Under the pieces are notes generated by a model. That model was not told where the DNA came from. It saw only the letters and a list, made by a program, of their open reading frames with translations, and made no database searches. Positions 59,801-64,000 of a stretch of DNA of 64,000 nucleotides are shown here, piece by piece. The position numbers and the translations under genes were made by a program. The DNA lies in contig NC_083435.1 in NCBI RefSeq assembly GCF_020745735.1, positions 37,101,090 through 37,165,089 on the forward strand, read 5' to 3'. The DNA comes from Hemiscyllium ocellatum (Eukaryota). Position 1 is the first letter of the stretch; each line of letters starts with the position of its first letter.

Positions 59801-61545
59801 GAAATAACTTGTATTTATGAGGGAAACCAAAAGGCACTTGAAATCCTTTGAATTGAAAATGTTTGGACCCAGAGATACCAGCTCACGGCAGAGGATGGAA
59901 TATTGTTAGAAGCTGTTAGAGAAAGTGTGATTATCCTGAGTAAAGGCTGCAGCCAAACTCCAGCTGAACTCCGCCAGGGATCTCTACAATGAAATGTGTG
60001 GGGAGACATCGCATGTCAATACTAGATCTTTCTTGGGATCACAGAGTGCCAATCCTTAGACAATGACAGTTGTTTCATTACTTCATTGAAATCTCGGGCT
60101 TATGTTTGCAAGCAAGTTAAAGTGTTCAGCCATCTCTCTCACACACACACACACACAAACACACCTCAGATGCTGCCTGACTCGCTGTGCTTTTCCAGTG
60201 CCACACTCTTTGACCCTGACCAATGAAGGCAAGATGCCATACGCCTTCTTTGCCACCCGATCTACTTGGGTGATCACTTTCAGGGAGCTATAGACTTGAA
60301 CCTGAAGGTCCTTCTGCCCATCAATGCTGTTCAGAGTCCTTCCATTAACTGTATCCTGTTCCTTAACATGTGATCTCCCAAAGCACAGCACCTCACAATT
60401 ACCTGGATTAAACTCCATCGACCATTTTTCCGCCCATATCTGCAACTGATTTATATAAATGATGAAAAGCAATGGAGCCAGCACCGATCCTTGTGGCACA
60501 CCACTGGTCACAGGCTTCCGCTCCAAAAAGCAACCCTCTTAGACCAACCTTTGTTTCCCACCTTGAAGCCAAGTTTTATATTCAGTTAGCTAGCTTCCTC
60601 TGGGTCCCATGTGATCTAACCTTACTAACCAGTCTACATGCAGAACTTGGTCAAACACTTTGCTGAAGTCCATATGGACAACATCTACCCCTCTACCTTC
60701 ACCAATCTTCTTTGTTACCTTTTCAAAAAACTCAGTCAAGTTACAGAGACACAATTTCCCACGCACAAAGCCATGTTGACTATCCCTAATCAGTCCTTGC
60801 TTTCCAAATGCATGTGAGTCCTATTCCTCAGAATCTCCTCCAACTGTGTACCCACCACTGACGTATGGCTCATTGGTCTATAGTTCCCTAGCTTTTCATT
60901 ACAGCCTTTCTAAAATAGTGCCACCACATTAGCCACCCTCCAGTCTTCTGGCACCTCTCCCTTGGCTATGGATGATCCAAACATCTGAGCTCGGAACGGA
61001 GCAACCTTTTCCCTAGCTTCCCACAGAATTCTGGGTAACACCTGATCAGGTCCTGAGGATTTATCTACCATTGTGCATTTTAATCTTCAGTACCTCCTCT
61101 TCTGTAATGTGTACTGTTTTCAAGACATCACTTTTTATTTTCCCAAGTTGCCGAGCTTCCATGCCCTTCCCCACGATACGTACTGACACAAAATATGTGA
61201 TTCGTATCTGACTAATCTCTTATGGTTCCACACATAGACAGCCACATTGATCTTTAAGGTGCCCTATTCTCTAACTATTTACTCTTTTGCTGAAATGTAC
61301 GTTTAGAGTCTCTTTGGATTCTACTTAACTGCATTTACTAAAGCTGTCTCATGTTCCCTTTTTGTCCTCCTGATTTCCCTCTTAAGGATACTCCAACTGC
61401 CCTTATACACTTCTTGGGAGTTACTCAATCCCTGCTGTCTATACCTGATAAATGCCTCTTTCTTTTTCTTTACCAGAACCTCAATTTCTCAAGTCTTCCA
61501 GCATTCCCTACATCTACCAGCCTTGTCCTTCTATTATCATGCAGA
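56806..61545. mobile_element. Duplicated Gypsy remnant (+, to ~60080) and CR1 remnant (-, ~60205-61545)
   Basis: Collinear with 28380-33540; gag N-terminus MPLFGKLDSFDPAIEDWAQ is better preserved here. Confidence 0.85.
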
Positions 61546-62449
61546 GGTCAAACCCATCTGTTATGTAAAAAGAATGACTCTAATAGTGAACATTAAACCA
61601 AAAACAAATCACATATCCAAACCCCTCCCCCCACCTCCCCCCCCACCCCCTGCGCATCGCTTAATTTCTTACGATCTGACCCCAACTCTACAAAAAAAAA
61701 GCTATTCCAATAACACATTTATTAAACATTACATTAACTTAATCTCAAGACCACATACCCTCTATCTTCTTCGGTGTCTTCAATCTTCCCCCTGCTAATC
61801 TCCCTGGGGGTTGTTTCCTTTCTTTGTTACTGCGAGGATGTTTCACATGCAAAGGTACCTTTGATAGAGACTGTTTCTAATTTCTTTGAGAGCAAGATGT
61901 CAGATGGGTAGTTGCTCAGTGGATCGATGGCAGTTGCTTTCTGACCAAATGTCAAAACTCCCATGTTTTATAGCCTCCATGACACAGTAAATTCTTATAA
62001 TTTGATTGGTTTCCAGGTGTCAAAACAATAAACTCAAACTCAGTTGGGTTTTTAGTATCCTCGGCACAATTTAAACTGATCAGTTAAATTCGCGTTGGTA
62101 TCAAAACAGCAGCAAAACTCAGGGTAGACAGGCAGGAGGCTGGAAGAACACAGCAGGCCAGGCAGCATCAGGAGGTGGAGAAGCCAACACTTCAGGTGTA
62201 ACCCTTCTTCAGGTCTGGGGCTGGGTGTAAGGGAAGCTGCAGGTATCTATTTCACAGCCAGTTGCTTCATGTATCTATTTTGGAACAGCTCGTCTCCCAG
62301 TCTTTCCATTCAGGCAGCTGAGCCTGCACTTGAAGTTTACTTCAAACTTCAGAAAACACTTTCTACTTTAAAGTGAACAGACAGGCTTTTGACTTTGTAA
62401 CACTTCACACGAACAGGAACATACTGACTCTGGACCCTCATTATCTTCT

Positions 62450-63300
62450 TCTTAAAGGCCTCCCACTTCCCATTCATCCCTTTACCTGCAAATAGCCTCC
62501 CTCCAATTATCTTTTGCAAGTTCCTGTCTGATACTGTCCAAATCAGCCTTACTCCAATTTAGAACTTTACCTTTTTGATCCGTTCTATCCTTTTCCATCA
62601 CTATTTTAAAACTAATAGAGTTATGATCACTTGCACCACCATGCTCGCCCCCGGACACCTCATTCACTTGCCCTACAATTGTTCCCAACAGAAGTTAAAG
62701 TATTACTCCTTCTCCAGTCGGTCCATCCACATATTGAAGAAGAACGTTTTCTTGGACATACTTAACAATTTCCTCCCAATCCAAGCCCTTAACACAATGA
62801 CAGCCCTAGTCTATGTTTGGAAATTAAAATCTACTGTTACCATCCGAATATTCTTACAGATATGAGATCTCCTTAAACATTTGGTTTTCAATTTCCTGCT
62901 GCCTACTGGGGGCTATAATACAATCTCAACCAGGTGATCATCTCCTCCTTATTTCTCAGTTCCACCAATATAACTTCACTGGTCACTCTCCCAATATATG
63001 CCTCCCTAAGTACAGCTGTAATGTTATCCTGAACGAAAATCTTGTCCTCCTCTCTTGCCCCCCCCGCCCCTTTCTATCCTTCCGATAGCATCTATACCTT
63101 GGAACATTGAGATACCAGTCCAGTCCATCCCTGAGCTATGTCTCTGTAATAGCGGTGACACCCTAGTCCCATGTTCCCAACCATACCCTAAGTTCATCTG
63201 CCTTCCCTGACATACCTCTTACATTGCAGTAAATGCAGTTTATCATTCTGACCTTGGTCACTGCCAAGCTCTTGCCTGTTTTGACGATTTGAGCTGTTCC
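62450..63300 (-). mobile_element. CR1 endonuclease-region fragment
   Basis: SDHNSISFKIVMEKDR...LNWSKADLDSIRQEL. Confidence 0.75.
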
Positions 63301-63399
63301 CTTCAGAGCTGTACCAGCCTCAGCCCTTTCTCTTTACTCACTGTTACTTTGATTTGAGTCATCCCCTTACTAGTTTAAAGCCTCTGGAGTAGCACGATA

Positions 63400-64000
63400 A
63401 AGCCTCCCAGGTAGCACAAGGAACGGACCACAATTTACAAACCAGAAATTTTGTCATGTTTTTAAAATGGTTTGAGATTCTTCAGGTAAGGACAGCTTCA
63501 TACCACCCAACATTGACTGGCCTGGCAGAAAAAGCAGTCCAAACTTTAAATTTGGCTTGAAAAACAGCCTACCCTCTTGATAGTTACCAAGGTATCATGG
63601 TTCTTATTTGATTATGGGATCACCCCACATGCAACAGCAGAGTTGGGACCAGCAGAATTGCTGATGAGTAGAAGACTCTGCACCAGGTTGAATCTGATCT
63701 TCCCAGACCTGTGGGGGTCGGGTGTAATGGCCTCAGGAACACCAATGCTGGACACAAGTCTCCACCAAACAAGAGAAACTGTTTAATACAGGGAATTAAG
63801 GATCAGACCAGACCCCTGCAAAATATTTTAAGAAGGCAGCCTGGGGCCTAACTTTATCTTATTTTAAAGGCAAATGTAAAGTGCTGTGTTCCAAATGCAA
63901 TTTGATTGGTCACACTACTCAGCTTTAGGCAAAACACACTTTATCGAAACACTAGAGCTAAAATATAACTAAAGAAAGTGGAATTTAGAATACCATAAAT
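63400..64000 (+). mobile_element. Gypsy integrase fragment followed by the start of an LTR-like element
   Basis: RTASYHPTLTGLAEKAVQTL-like and TPHATAELGPAELLMSRRL; from ~63795 the sequence is the reverse orientation of the 2044/12052 LTR-like family. Confidence 0.65.

Overview
Eukaryotic, repeat-dense genomic DNA, almost certainly from a cartilaginous fish. This is inferred from HE1/V-SINE-type SINEs, CR1, Rex1, Tx1, Penelope and Gypsy remnants, and shark-like class I sequence. The six-frame ORF track is mostly repeat noise; the real genes are spliced. The window is part of an MHC class I-like multigene cluster. Gene A (+, 17352-35425) has 7 coding exons (leader, a1, a2, a3, TM, two cytoplasmic), all phase-1 and GT-AG, giving an intact 350-aa ORF. 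Gene B (+, from 51673) has leader, a1 and a3 intact, but its a2 carries a TGA and a 17-nt deletion that removes the splice donor; no TM exon lies in the window. Two more paralogous leader exons lie on the minus strand, head-to-head with genes A and B: an intact one at 6260-6209 and a decayed one at 41922-41872. Most striking: both a2 domains lack both cysteines of the canonical C101-C164 disulfide. Gene A keeps the C-terminal peptide-anchor residues (R84, T143, K146, W147) but has lost most N-terminal ones (Y7G, Y59F, Y159H, W167H). Genes A and B are near-identical in promoter, leader, a3 and flanking repeats but only ~46% (a1) and ~60% (a2) identical in the groove domains. Also present: an ~860-bp-arm Penelope inverted repeat with minimal hammerhead-ribozyme cores inside intron 1 of the minus-strand paralog, a nested Gmr1-order Gypsy element, and two intronic minisatellites. 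HLA-style residue numbers and identity values are from my hand alignments. Repeat boundaries are approximate.
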